From Eledone cirrhosa (Eukaryota): a stretch of DNA of 64,000 nucleotides. The stretch lies in the NCBI GenBank assembly GCA_964016885.1, contig OZ024743.1:175584001-175648000 (forward strand). The letters run 5' to 3'. A program made the translations under genes and the position numbers. Position 1 is the first letter of the stretch, and every line of letters starts with the position of its first letter. This document shows positions 30,101 through 44,400 of this stretch, one piece after another. The notes beneath the pieces are model-generated. The model was not told the origin of the DNA and did not search any database. It saw only the letters and a list, made by a program, of their open reading frames with translations.

Positions 30101-33100
30101 ATTATTTGGATGTCTAAAAATAAGGATGAAACCATGGTAGAGATATAATTACGGTATGTACGCATTTCTTCTAAGTTTAATTTTACACCTAATTGTGTAT
30201 GGTTGATGATATATTTAGTCAATTTCTACATGCTGTCGAAATGTTGGATAAATTCTCGATTGGGACCACCGCGAAGAGGCTACGTTCGGTTATTTGTCGG
30301 AGATTTCTCCATAAGAGCCTTTCTTCTAATAGCTTGATCTAATTGATTTTTTATATGTTTAATTATGCTAATTAGAAGAAGAAATAGTATATATTTTATC
30401 TGATGACTCTAAAGACATGATTTGTGATATATTGCTCTGATTTTTTAATTTATTATTTCTTCATAGAGCTTAAAAGTGACCAGTTGCAACATGTATATAT
30501 CTATAACTTTATGTATATGTTAACCTTTATATTTAATAATCTCCGAATTCGTTGACATTAAATTTGGCTGCGCTTTATAGCAGCAAGCCTACCCGCTGTA
30601 AGCAACCAATCACATTCTTTCTGACTTGACCACAGCCACATAGCGATTCTTAGACATTTTTGAATCTATTTTCGGCGGGATCGGATTGAAAAAATAGATG
30701 TCTGATTTTGAGTTTGTCTCCTGATGAATCTAACTCAGGACATTCCTATTATTTGGATGTCTAAAAATAAGGATGAAACCATGGTAGAGATATAATTAAG
30801 GTATGTACGCATTTCTTCTAAGTTTAATTTTACACCTAATTGTGTATGGTTGATGATATATTTAGTCAATTTCTACATGCTGTCGAAATGTTGGATAAAT
30901 TCTCGATTGGGACCACCACGAAGAGGCTACGTTCGGTTATTTGTCGGAGATTTCTCCATAAGAGCCTTTCTTCTAATAGCTTGATCTAATTGATTTTTTA
31001 TATGGTTAATTATGCTAATTAGAAGAAGAAATAGTATATATTTTATCTGATGATTCTAAAGACATGATTGATGATATATTGCTCTGATTTTTTAAATTAT
31101 TATTTCTTCATAGAGCTTAAAAGTGACCAGTTGCAACATGTGTATATCTATAACTTTATGTATATGTTAACCTTTATATTTAATAATCTCCCGATGCGTT
31201 GAGATTAAATTTGGCTGCGCTTTCTAGCAGCAAGCCTACCCTCCGTAAGCAACCAATCACATTCTTTCTGACTTGACCACAGCCACGTAGCGATTCTTAG
31301 CCATTTTTGAATCTATTTTCGGCGGGATCGGATTGAAAAACTAGATGAGTGATTTTGAGTTTGTCGCCTGATGAATCCTAACTCAGGACATTCCTATTAT
31401 TTGGATGTCTAAAAATAAGGATGAAACCATGGTAGAGATATAATTACGGTATGTACGCATATCTTCTAATTTTAATTTTACACCTAATTGTGTATGGTTC
31501 ATGATATATTTAGTTAATTTCTACATGCTGTCGAAATGTTGGATAAATTCTCGTTTGGGGCCACCGCGAAGAGGCTACGTTCGGTTATTTGTCGGAAATT
31601 TCGCCATAAGAGCCTTTCTTCTTATAGCTTGATCTAATTGATTTTTTTATATGGTTAATTATGCTAATTAGAAGAAGAAATAGTATATATTTTATCTGAT
31701 GATTCTAAAGACATGATTTATGATATATTGCTCTGATTTTGTAATTTATTAATTCTTCATGGTGCTTAAAAGTGACCAGTTGCAACATGTATATATCTAT
31801 AACTTTATGTATATGTTAACCTTTATATTTAATAATCTCCCGATAGGTTGAGCTTAAATTTGGCGATAATTGGCTGCGCTTTCTAGCAGAAAGCCTACCC
31901 GCCGTAAGCAACCAATCACATTCTTTCTGGCTTGACCACAGCCACGTAGCCATTCTTAGCCGTTTTTGAATCTATTTTCGGCGGGATCGGATTGAAAAAC
32001 TAGATGTCTGATTTTGAGTTTGTCGCCTGATGAATCCTAACACAGGACATTCCTATTATTTGGATGTCTAAAAATAAGGATGAAACCATGGTAGAGATAT
32101 AATTACGGTATGTACGCATTTCTTCTAAGTTTAATTTTACACCTAATTGTGTATGGTTGATGATATACTTAGTCCATTTCTATGCTGTCGAAATGTTGGA
32201 TAATTTCTCGATTGGGGCCACCGCGAAGAGGCTACGTTCGGTTATTTGTCGGAGATTTCTCCATAAGAGCCTTTCTTCTTATAGCTTGATCTAATTGATT
32301 TTTTATATGTTTAATTATGCTAATTAGAAGAAGAAATAGTATATATTTTATCTGATGACTCTAAAGACATGATTTGTGATATATTGCTCTGATTTTTTAA
32401 TTTATTATTTCTTCATAGAGCTTAAAAGTGACCAGTTGCAACATGTATATATCTATAACTTTATGTATATGTTAACCTTTATATTTAATAATCTCCGAAT
32501 TCGTTGACATTAAATTTGGCTGCGCTTTATAGCAGCAAGCCTACCCGCTGTAAGCAACCAATCACATTCTTTCTGACTTGACCACAGCCACATAGCGATT
32601 CTTAGACATTTTTGAATCTATTTTCGGCGGGATCGGATTGAAAAAATAGATGTCTGATTTTGAGTTTGTCTCCTGATGAATCTAACTCAGGACATTCCTA
32701 TTATTTGGATGTCTAAAAATAAGGATGAAACCATGGTAGAGATATAATTAAGGTATGTACGCATTTCTTCTAAGTTTAATTTTACACCTAATTGTGTATG
32801 GTTGATGATATATTTAGTCAATTTCTACATGCTGTCGAAATGTTGGATAAATTCTCGATTGGGACCACCACGAAGAGGCTACGTTCGGTTATTTGTCGGA
32901 GATTTCTCCATAAGAGCCTTTCTTCTAATAGCTTGATCTAATTGATTTTTTATATGGTTAATTATGCTAATTAGAAGAAGAAATAGTATATATTTTATCT
33001 GATGATTCTAAAGACATGATTGATGATATATTGCTCTGATTTTTTAAATTATTATTTCTTCATAGAGCTTAAAAGTGACCAGTTGCAACATGTGTATATC

Positions 33101-36100
33101 TATAACTTTATGTATATGTTAACCTTTATATTTAATAATCTCCCGATGCGTTGAGATTAAATTTGGCTGCGCTTTCTAGCAGCAAGCCTACCCTCCGTAA
33201 GCAACCAATCACATTCTTTCTGACTTGACCACAGCCACGTAGCGATTCTTAGCCATTTTTGAATCTATTTTCGGCGGGATCGGATTGAAAAACTAGATGA
33301 GTGATTTTGAGTTTGTCGCCTGATGAATCCTAACTCAGGACATTCCTATTATTTGGATGTCTAAAAATAAGGATGAAACCATGGTAGAGATATAATTACG
33401 GTATGTACGCATATCTTCTAATTTTAATTTTACACCTAATTGTGTATGGTTCATGATATATTTAGTTAATTTCTACATGCTGTCGAAATGTTGGATAAAT
33501 TCTCGTTTGGGGCCACCGCGAAGAGGCTACGTTCGGTTATTTGTCGGAAATTTCGCCATAAGAGCCTTTCTTCTTATAGCTTGATCTAATTGATTTTTTT
33601 ATATGGTTAATTATGCTAATTAGAAGAAGAAATAGTATATATTTTATCTGATGATTCTAAAGACATGATTTATGATATATTGCTCTGATTTTGTAATTTA
33701 TTAATTCTTCATGGTGCTTAAAAGTGACCAGTTGCAACATGTATATATCTATAACTTTATGTATATGTTAACCTTTATATTTAATAATCTCCCGATAGGT
33801 TGAGCTTAAATTTGGCGATAATTGGCTGCGCTTTCTAGCAGAAAGCCTACCCGCCGTAAGCAACCAATCACATTCTTTCTGGCTTGACCACAGCCACGTA
33901 GCCATTCTTAGCCGTTTTTGAATCTATTTTCGGCGGGATCGGATTGAAAAACTAGATGTCTGATTTTGAGTTTGTCGCCTGATGAATCCTAACACAGGAC
34001 ATTCCTATTATTTGGATGTCTAAAAATAAGGATGAAACCATGGTAGAAATATAATTACGGTATGTACGCATTTCTTCTAAGTTTAATTTTACACCTAATT
34101 GTGTATGGTTGATGATATACTTAGTCCATTTCTATGCTGTCGAAATGTTGGATAATTTCTCGATTGGGGCCACCGCGAAGAGGCTACGTTCGGTTATTTG
34201 TCGGAGATTTCTCCATAAGAGCCTTTCTTCTTATAGCTTGATCTAATTGATTTTTTATATGGTTAATTATGCTAATTAGAAGAAGAAATAGTATATATTT
34301 TATCTGATGATTCTAAAGACATGATTTATGATATATTGCTCTGATTTTGTAATTTATTAATTCTTCATGGTGCTTAAAAGTGACCAGTTGCAACATGTAT
34401 ATATCTATAACTTTATGTATATGTTAACCTTTATATTTAATAATCTCCCGATAGGTTGAGATTAAATTTGGCGATAATTGGCTGCGCTTTCTAGCAGCAA
34501 GCCTACCCGCCGTAAGCAACCAATCACATTCTTTCTGGCTTGACCACAGCCACATAGCGATTCTTAGACATTTTTGAATCTATTTTCGGCGGGATCGGAT
34601 TGAAAAAATAGATGTCTGATTTTGAGTTTGTCTCCTGATGAATCTAACTCAGGACATTCCTATTATTTGGATGTCTAAAAATAAGGATGAAACCATGGTA
34701 GAGATATAATTACGGTATGTACGCATTTCTTCTAAGTTTAATTTTACACCTAATTGTGTATGGTTGATGATATATTTAGTCAATTTCTACATGCTGTCGA
34801 AATGTTGGATAAATTCTCGATTGGGACCACCACGAAGAGGCTACGTTCGGTTATTTGTCGGAGATTTCTCCATAAGAGCCTTTCTTCTAATAGCTTGATC
34901 TAATTGATTTTTTATATGGTTAATTATGCTAATTAGAAGAAGAAATATTATATATTTTATCTGATGATTCTAAAGACATGATTGATGATATATTGCTCTG
35001 ATTTTTTAAATTATTATTTCTTCATAGAGCTTAAAAGTGACCAGTTGCAACATGTGTATATCTATAACTTTATGTATATGTTAACCTTTATATTTAATAA
35101 TCTCCCGATGCGTTGAGATTAAATTTGGCTGCGCTTTCTAGCAGCAAGCCTACCCTCCGTAAGCAACCAATCACATTCTTTCTGACTTGACCACAGCCAC
35201 GTAGCGATTCTTAGCCATTTTTGAATCTATTTTCGGCGGGATCGGATTGAAAAACTAGATGAGTGATTTTGAGTTTGTCGCCTGATGAATCCTAACTCAG
35301 GACATTCCTATTATTTGGATGTCTAAAAATAAGGATGAAACCATGGTAGAGATATAATTACGGTATGTACGCATATCTTCTAATTTTAATTTTACACCTA
35401 ATTGTGTATGGTTCATGATATATTTAGTTAATTTCTACATGCTGTCGAAATGTTGGATAAATTCTCGTTTGGGGCCACCGCGAAGAGGCTACGTTCGGTT
35501 ATTTGTCGGAAATTTCGCCATAAGAGCCTTTCTTCTTATAGCTTGATCTAATTGATTTTTTTATATGGTTAATTATGCTAATTAGAAGAAGAAATAGTAT
35601 ATATTTTATCTGATGATTCTAAAGACATGATTTATGATATATTGCTCTGATTTTGTAATTTATTAATTCTTCATGGTGCTTAAAAGTGACCAGTTGCAAC
35701 ATGTATATATCTATAACTTTATGTATATGTTAACCTTTATATTTAATAATCTCCCGATAGGTTGAGCTTAAATTTGGCGATAATTGGCTGCGCTTTCTAG
35801 CAGCAAGCCTACCCGCCGTAAGCAACCAATCACATTCTTTCTGGCTTGACCACAGCCACGTAGCCATTCTTAGCCGTTTTTGAATCTATTTTCGGCGGGA
35901 TCGGATTGAAAAACTAGATGTCTGATTTTGAGTTTGTCGCCTGATGAATCCTAACACAGGACATTCCTATTATTTGGATGTCTAAAAATAAGGATGAAAC
36001 CATGGTAGAGATATAATTACGGTATGTACGCATTTCTTCTAAGTTTAATTTTACACCTAATTGTGTATGGTTGATGATATACTTAGTCCATTTCTATGCT

Positions 36101-39100
36101 GTCGAAATGTTGGATAATTTCTCGATTGGGGCCACCGCGAAGAGGCTACGTTCGGTTATTTGTCGGAGATTTCTCCATAAGAGCCTTTCTTCTTATAGCT
36201 TGATCTAATTGATTTTTTTATATGGTTAATTATGCTAATTAGAAGAAGAAATAGTATATATTTTATCTGATGATTCTAAAGACATGATTTATGATATATT
36301 GCTCTGATTTTGTAATTTATTAATTCTTCATGGTGCTTAAAAGTGACCAGTTGCAACATGTATATATCTATAACTTTATGTATATGTTAACCTTTATATT
36401 TAATAATCTCCCGATAGGTTGAGATTAAATTTGGCGATAATTGGCTGCGCTTTCTAGCAGCAAGCCTACCCGCCGTAAGCAACCAATCACATTCTTTCTG
36501 GCTTGACCACAGCCACATAGCGATTCTTAGACATTTTTGAATCTATTTTCGGCGGGATCGGATTGAAAAATAGATGTCTGATTTTGAGTTTGTCTCCTGA
36601 TGAATCTAACTCAGGACATTCCTATTATTTGGATGTCTAAAAATAAGGATGAAACCATGGTAGAGATATAATTACGGTATGTACGCATTTCTTCTAAGTT
36701 TAATTTTACACCTAATTGTGTATGGTTGATGATATATTTAGTCAATTTCTACATGCTGTCGAAATGTTGGATAAATTCTCGATTGGGACCACCGCGAAGA
36801 GGCTACGTTCGGTTATTTGTCGGAGATTTCTCCATAAGAGCCTTTCTTCTAATAGCTTGATCTAATTGATTTTTTATATGTTTAATTATGCTAATTAGAA
36901 GAAGAAATAGTATATATTTTATCTGATGACTCTAAAGACATGATTTGTGATATATTGCTCTGATTTTTTAATTTATTATTTCTTCATAGAGCTTAAAAGT
37001 GACCAGTTGCAACATGTATATATCTATAACTTTATGTATATGTTAACCTTTATATTTAATAATCTCCGAATTCGTTGACATTAAATTTGGCTGCGCTTTA
37101 TAGCAGCAAGCCTACCCGCTGTAAGCAACCAATCACATTCTTTCTGACTTGACCACAGCCACATAGCGATTCTTAGACATTTTTGAATCTATTTTCGGCG
37201 GGATCGGATTGAAAAAATAGATGTCTGATTTTGAGTTTGTCTCCTGATGAATCTAACTCAGGACATTCCTATTATTTGGATGTCTAAAAATAAGGATGAA
37301 ACCATGGTAGAGATATAATTAAGGTATGTACGCATTTCTTCTAAGTTTAATTTTACACCTAATTGTGTATGGTTGATGATATATTTAGTCAATTTCTACA
37401 TGCTGTCGAAATGTTGGATAAATTCTCGATTGGGACCACCACGAAGAGGCTACGTTCGGTTATTTGTCGGAGATTTCTCCATAAGAGCCTTTCTTCTAAT
37501 AGCTTGATCTAATTGATTTTTTATATGGTTAATTATGCTAATTAGAAGAAGAAATAGTATATATTTTATCTGATGATTCTAAAGACATGATTGATGATAT
37601 ATTGCTCTGATTTTTTAAATTATTATTTCTTCATAGAGCTTAAAAGTGACCAGTTGCAACATGTGTATATCTATAACTTTATGTATATGTTAACCTTTAT
37701 ATTTAATAATCTCCCGATGCGTTGAGATTAAATTTGGCTGCGCTTTCTAGCAGCAAGCCTACCCTCCGTAAGCAACCAATCACATTCTTTCTGACTTGAC
37801 CACAGCCACGTAGCGATTCTTAGCCATTTTTGAATCTATTTTCGGCGGGATCGGATTGAAAAACTAGATGAGTGATTTTGAGTTTGTCGCCTGATGAATC
37901 CTAACTCAGGACATTCCTATTATTTGGATGTCTAAAAATAAGGATGAAACCATGGTAGAGATATAATTACGGTATGTACGCATATCTTCTAATTTTAATT
38001 TTACACCTAATTGTGTATGGTTCATGATATATTTAGTTAATTTCTACATGCTGTCGAAATGTTGGATAAATTCTCGTTTGGGGCCACCGCGAAGAGGCTA
38101 CGTTCGGTTATTTGTCGGAAATTTCGCCATAAGAGCCTTTCTTCTTATAGCTTGATCTAATTGATTTTTTTATATGGTTAATTATGCTAATTAGAAGAAG
38201 AAATAGTATATATTTTATCTGATGATTCTAAAGACATGATTTATGATATATTGCTCTGATTTTGTAATTTATTAATTCTTCATGGTGCTTAAAAGTGACC
38301 AGTTGCAACATGTATATATCTATAACTTTATGTATATGTTAACCTTTATATTTAATAATCTCCCGATAGGTTGAGCTTAAATTTGGCGATAATTGGCTGC
38401 GCTTTCTAGCAGAAAGCCTACCCGCCGTAAGCAACCAATCACATTCTTTCTGGCTTGACCACAGCCACGTAGCCATTCTTAGCCGTTTTTGAATCTATTT
38501 TCGGCGGGATCGGATTGAAAAACTAGATGTCTGATTTTGAGTTTGTCGCCTGATGAATCCTAACACAGGACATTCCTATTATTTGGATGTCTAAAAATAA
38601 GGATGAAACCATGGTAGAGATATAATTACGGTATGTACGCATTTCTTCTAAGTTTAATTTTACACCTAATTGTGTATGGTTGATGATATACTTAGTCCAT
38701 TTCTATGCTGTCGAAATGTTGGATAATTTCTCGATTGGGGCCACCGCGAAGAGGCTACGTTCGGTTATTTGTCGGAGATTTCTCCATAAGAGCCTTTCTT
38801 CTTATAGCTTGATCTAATTGATTTTTTATATGTTTAATTATGCTAATTAGAAGAAGAAATAGTATATATTTTATCTGATGACTCTAAAGACATGATTTGT
38901 GATATATTGCTCTGATTTTTTAATTTATTATTTCTTCATAGAGCTTAAAAGTGACCAGTTGCAACATGTATATATCTATAACTTTATGTATATGTTAACC
39001 TTTATATTTAATAATCTCCGAATTCGTTGACATTAAATTTGGCTGCGCTTTATAGCAGCAAGCCTACCCGCTGTAAGCAACCAATCACATTCTTTCTGAC

Positions 39101-42100
39101 TTGACCACAGCCACATAGCGATTCTTAGACATTTTTGAATCTATTTTCGGCGGGATCGGATTGAAAAAATAGATGTCTGATTTTGAGTTTGTCTCCTGAT
39201 GAATCTAACTCAGGACATTCCTATTATTTGGATGTCTAAAAATAAGGATGAAACCATGGTAGAGATATAATTAAGGTATGTACGCATTTCTTCTAAGTTT
39301 AATTTTACACCTAATTGTGTATGGTTGATGATATATTTAGTCAATTTCTACATGCTGTCGAAATGTTGGATAAATTCTCGATTGGGACCACCACGAAGAG
39401 GCTACGTTCGGTTATTTGTCGGAGATTTCTCCATAAGAGCCTTTCTTCTAATAGCTTGATCTAATTGATTTTTTATATGGTTAATTATGCTAATTAGAAG
39501 AAGAAATAGTATATATTTTATCTGATGATTCTAAAGACATGATTGATGATATATTGCTCTGATTTTTTAAATTATTATTTCTTCATAGAGCTTAAAAGTG
39601 ACCAGTTGCAACATGTGTATATCTATAACTTTATGTATATGTTAACCTTTATATTTAATAATCTCCCGATGCGTTGAGATTAAATTTGGCTGCGCTTTCT
39701 AGCAGCAAGCCTACCCTCCGTAAGCAACCAATCACATTCTTTCTGACTTGACCACAGCCACGTAGCGATTCTTAGCCATTTTTGAATCTATTTTCGGCGG
39801 GATCGGATTGAAAAACTAGATGAGTGATTTTGAGTTTGTCGCCTGATGAATCCTAACTCAGGACATTCCTATTATTTGGATGTCTAAAAATAAGGATGAA
39901 ACCATGGTAGAGATATAATTACGGTATGTACGCATATCTTCTAATTTTAATTTTACACCTAATTGTGTATGGTTCATGATATATTTAGTTAATTTCTACA
40001 TGCTGTCGAAATGTTGGATAAATTCTCGTTTGGGGCCACCGCGAAGAGGCTACGTTCGGTTATTTGTCGGAAATTTCGCCATAAGAGCCTTTCTTCTTAT
40101 AGCTTGATCTAATTGATTTTTTTATATGGTTAATTATGCTAATTAGAAGAAGAAATAGTATATATTTTATCTGATGATTCTAAAGACATGATTTATGATA
40201 TATTGCTCTGATTTTGTAATTTATTAATTCTTCATGGTGCTTAAAAGTGACCAGTTGCAACATGTATATATCTATAACTTTATGTATATGTTAACCTTTA
40301 TATTTAATAATCTCCCGATAGGTTGAGCTTAAATTTGGCGATAATTGGCTGCGCTTTCTAGCAGAAAGCCTACCCGCCGTAAGCAACCAATCACATTCTT
40401 TCTGGCTTGACCACAGCCACGTAGCCATTCTTAGCCGTTTTTGAATCTATTTTCGGCGGGATCGGATTGAAAAACTAGATGTCTGATTTTGAGTTTGTCG
40501 CCTGATGAATCCTAACACAGGACATTCCTATTATTTGGATGTCTAAAAATAAGGATGAAACCATGGTAGAGATATAATTACGGTATGTACGCATTTCTTC
40601 TAAGTTTAATTTTACACCTAATTGTGTATGGTTGATGATATACTTAGTCCATTTCTATGCTGTCGAAATGTTGGATAATTTCTCGATTGGGGCCACCGCG
40701 AAGAGGCTACGTTCGGTTATTTGTCGGAGATTTCTCCATAAGAGCCTTTCTTCTTATAGCTTGATCTAATTGATTTTTTATATGGTTAATTATGCTAATT
40801 AGAAGAAGAAATAGTATATATTTTATCTGATGATTCTAAAGACATGATTTATGATATATTGCTCTGATTTTGTAATTTATTAATTCTTCATGGTGCTTAA
40901 AAGTGACCAGTTGCAACATGTATATATCTATAACTTTATGTATATGTTAACCTTTATATTTAATAATCTCCCGATAGGTTGAGATTAAATTTGGCGATAA
41001 TTGGCTGCGCTTTCTAGCAGCAAGCCTACCCGCCGTAAGCAACCAATCACATTCTTTCTGGCTTGACCACAGCCACATAGCGATTCTTAGACATTTTTGA
41101 ATCTATTTTCGGCGGGATCGGATTGAAAAAATAGATGTCTGATTTTGAGTTTGTCTCCTGATGAATCTAACTCAGGACATTCCTATTATTTGGATGTCTA
41201 AAAATAAGGATGAAACCATGGTAGAGATATAATTACGGTATGTACGCATTTCTTCTAAGTTTAATTTTACACCTAATTGTGTATGGTTGATGATATATTT
41301 AGTCAATTTCTACATGCTGTCGAAATGTTGGATAAATTCTCGATTGGGACCACCACGAAGAGGCTACGTTCGGTTATTTGTCGGAGATTTCTCCATAAGA
41401 GCCTTTCTTCTAATAGCTTGATCTAATTGATTTTTTATATGGTTAATTATGCTAATTAGAAGAAGAAATAGTATATATTTTATCTGATGATTCTAAAGAC
41501 ATGATTGATGATATATTGCTCTGATTTTTTAAATTATTATTTCTTCATAGAGCTTAAAAGTGACCAGTTGCAACATGTGTATATCTATAACTTTATGTAT
41601 ATGTTAACCTTTATATTTAATAATCTCCCGATGCGTTGAGATTAAATTTGGCTGCGCTTTCTAGCAGCAAGCCTACCCTCCGTAAGCAACCAATCACATT
41701 CTTTCTGACTTGACCACAGCCACGTAGCGATTCTTAGCCATTTTTGAATCTATTTTCGGCGGGATCGGATTGAAAAACTAGATGACTGATTTTGAGTTTG
41801 TCGCCTGATGAATCCTAACTCAGGACATTCCTATTATTTGGATGTCTAAAAATAAGGATGAAACCATGGTAGAGATATAATTACGGTATGTACGCATATC
41901 TTCTAATTTTAATTTTACACCTAATTGTGTATGGTTCATGATATATTTAGTTAATTTCTACATGCTGTCGAAATGTTGGATAAATTCTCGTTTGGGGCCA
42001 CCGCGAAGAGGCTACGTTCGGTTATTTGTCGGAAATTTCGCCATAAGAGCCTTTCTTCTTATAGCTTGATCTAATTGATTTTTTTATATGGTTAATTATG

Positions 42101-44400
42101 CTAATTAGAAGAAGAAATAGTATATATTTTATCTGATGATTCTAAAGACATGATTTATGATATATTGCTCTGATTTTGTAATTTATTAATTCTTCATGGT
42201 GCTTAAAAGTGACCAGTTGCAACATGTATATATCTATAACTTTATGTATATGTTAACCTTTATATTTAATAATCTCCCGATAGGTTGAGCTTAAATTTGG
42301 CGATAATTGGCTGCGCTTTCTAGCAGAAAGCCTACCCGCCGTAAGCAACCAATCACATTCTTTCTGGCTTGACCACAGCCACGTAGCCATTCTTAGCCGT
42401 TTTTGAATCTATTTTCGGCGGGATCGGATTGAAAAACTAGATGTCTGATTTTGAGTTTGTCGCCTGATGAATCCTAACACAGGACATTCCTATTATTTGG
42501 ATGTCTAAAAATAAGGATGAAACCATGGTAGAGATATAATTACGGTATGTACGCATTTCTTCTAAGTTTAATTTTACACCTAATTGTGTATGGTTGATGA
42601 TATACTTAGTCCATTTCTATGCTGTCGAAATGTTGGATAATTTCTCGATTGGGGCCACCGCGAAGAGGCTACGTTCGGTTATTTGTCGGAGATTTCTCCA
42701 TAAGAGCCTTTCTTCTTATAGCTTGATCTAATTGATTTTTTATATGGTTAATTATGCTAATTAGAAGAAGAAATAGTATATATTTTATCTGATGATTCTA
42801 AAGACATGATTTATGATATATTGCTCTGATTTTGTAATTTATTAATTCTTCATGGTGCTTAAAAGTGACCAGTTGCAACATGTATATATCTATAACTTTA
42901 TGTATATGTTAACCTTTATATTTAATAATCTCCCGATAGGTTGAGATTAAATTTGGCGATAATTGGCTGCGCTTTCTAGCAGCAAGCCTACCCGCCGTAA
43001 GCAACCAATCACATTCTTTCTGGCTTGACCACAGCCACATAGCGATTCTTAGACATTTTTGAATCTATTTTCGGCGGGATCGGATTGAAAAAATAGATGT
43101 CTGATTTTGAGTTTGTCTCCTGATGAATCTAACTCAGGACATTCCTATTATTTGGATGTCTAAAAATAAGGATGAAACCATGGTAGAGATATAATTACGG
43201 TATGTACGCATTTCTTCTAAGTTTAATTTTACACCTAATTGTGTATGGTTGATGATATATTTAGTCAATTTCTACATGCTGTCGAAATGTTGGATAAATT
43301 CTCGATTGGGACCACCACGAAGAGGCTACGTTCGGTTATTTGTCGGAGATTTCTCCATAAGAGCCTTTCTTCTAATAGCTTGATCTAATTGATTTTTTAT
43401 ATGGTTAATTATGCTAATTAGAAGAAGAAATAGTATATATTTTATCTGATGATTCTAAAGACATGATTGATGATATATTGCTCTGATTTTTTAAATTATT
43501 ATTTCTTCATAGAGCTTAAAAGTGACCAGTTGCAACATGTGTATATCTATAACTTTATGTATATGTTAACCTTTATATTTAATAATCTCCCGATGCGTTG
43601 AGATTAAATTTGGCTGCGCTTTCTAGCAGCAAGCCTACCCTCCGTAAGCAACCAATCACATTCTTTCTGACTTGACCACAGCCACGTAGCGATTCTTAGC
43701 CATTTTTGAATCTATTTTCGGCGGGATCGGATTGAAAAACTAGATGACTGATTTTGAGTTTGTCGCCTGATGAATCCTAACTCAGGACATTCCTATTATT
43801 TGGATGTCTAAAAATAAGGATGAAACCATGGTAGAGATATAATTACGGTATGTACGCATATCTTCTAATTTTAATTTTACACCTAATTGTGTATGGTTCA
43901 TGATATATTTAGTTAATTTCTACATGCTGTCGAAATGTTGGATAAATTCTCGTTTGGGGCCACCGCGAAGAGGCTACGTTCGGTTATTTGTCGGAAATTT
44001 CGCCATAAGAGCCTTTCTTCTTATAGCTTGATCTAATTGATTTTTTTATATGGTTAATTATGCTAATTAGAAGAAGAAATAGTATATATTTTATCTGATG
44101 ATTCTAAAGACATGATTTATGATATATTGCTCTGATTTTGTAATTTATTAATTCTTCATGGTGCTTAAAAGTGACCAGTTGCAACATGTATATATCTATA
44201 ACTTTATGTATATGTTAACCTTTATATTTAATAATCTCCCGATAGGTTGAGCTTAAATTTGGCGATAATTGGCTGCGCTTTCTAGCAGAAAGCCTACCCG
44301 CCGTAAGCAACCAATCACATTCTTTCTGGCTTGACCACAGCCACGTAGCCATTCTTAGCCGTTTTTGAATCTATTTTCGGCGGGATCGGATTGAAAAACT
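24136..44400 (+). repeat. Higher-order repeat domain: mainly 3-monomer (~1,962 bp) HOR with a superimposed ~6.5-kb (10-mer) duplication
   Basis: Type-A monomers start at 24136, 26098 and 28060 (period 1,962). The private variant GACTCTTAGC is at 24759 and 26721. A 5-A variant TGAAAAATAG is at 30041 and 36564 (offset ~6,523). Confidence 0.85.
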
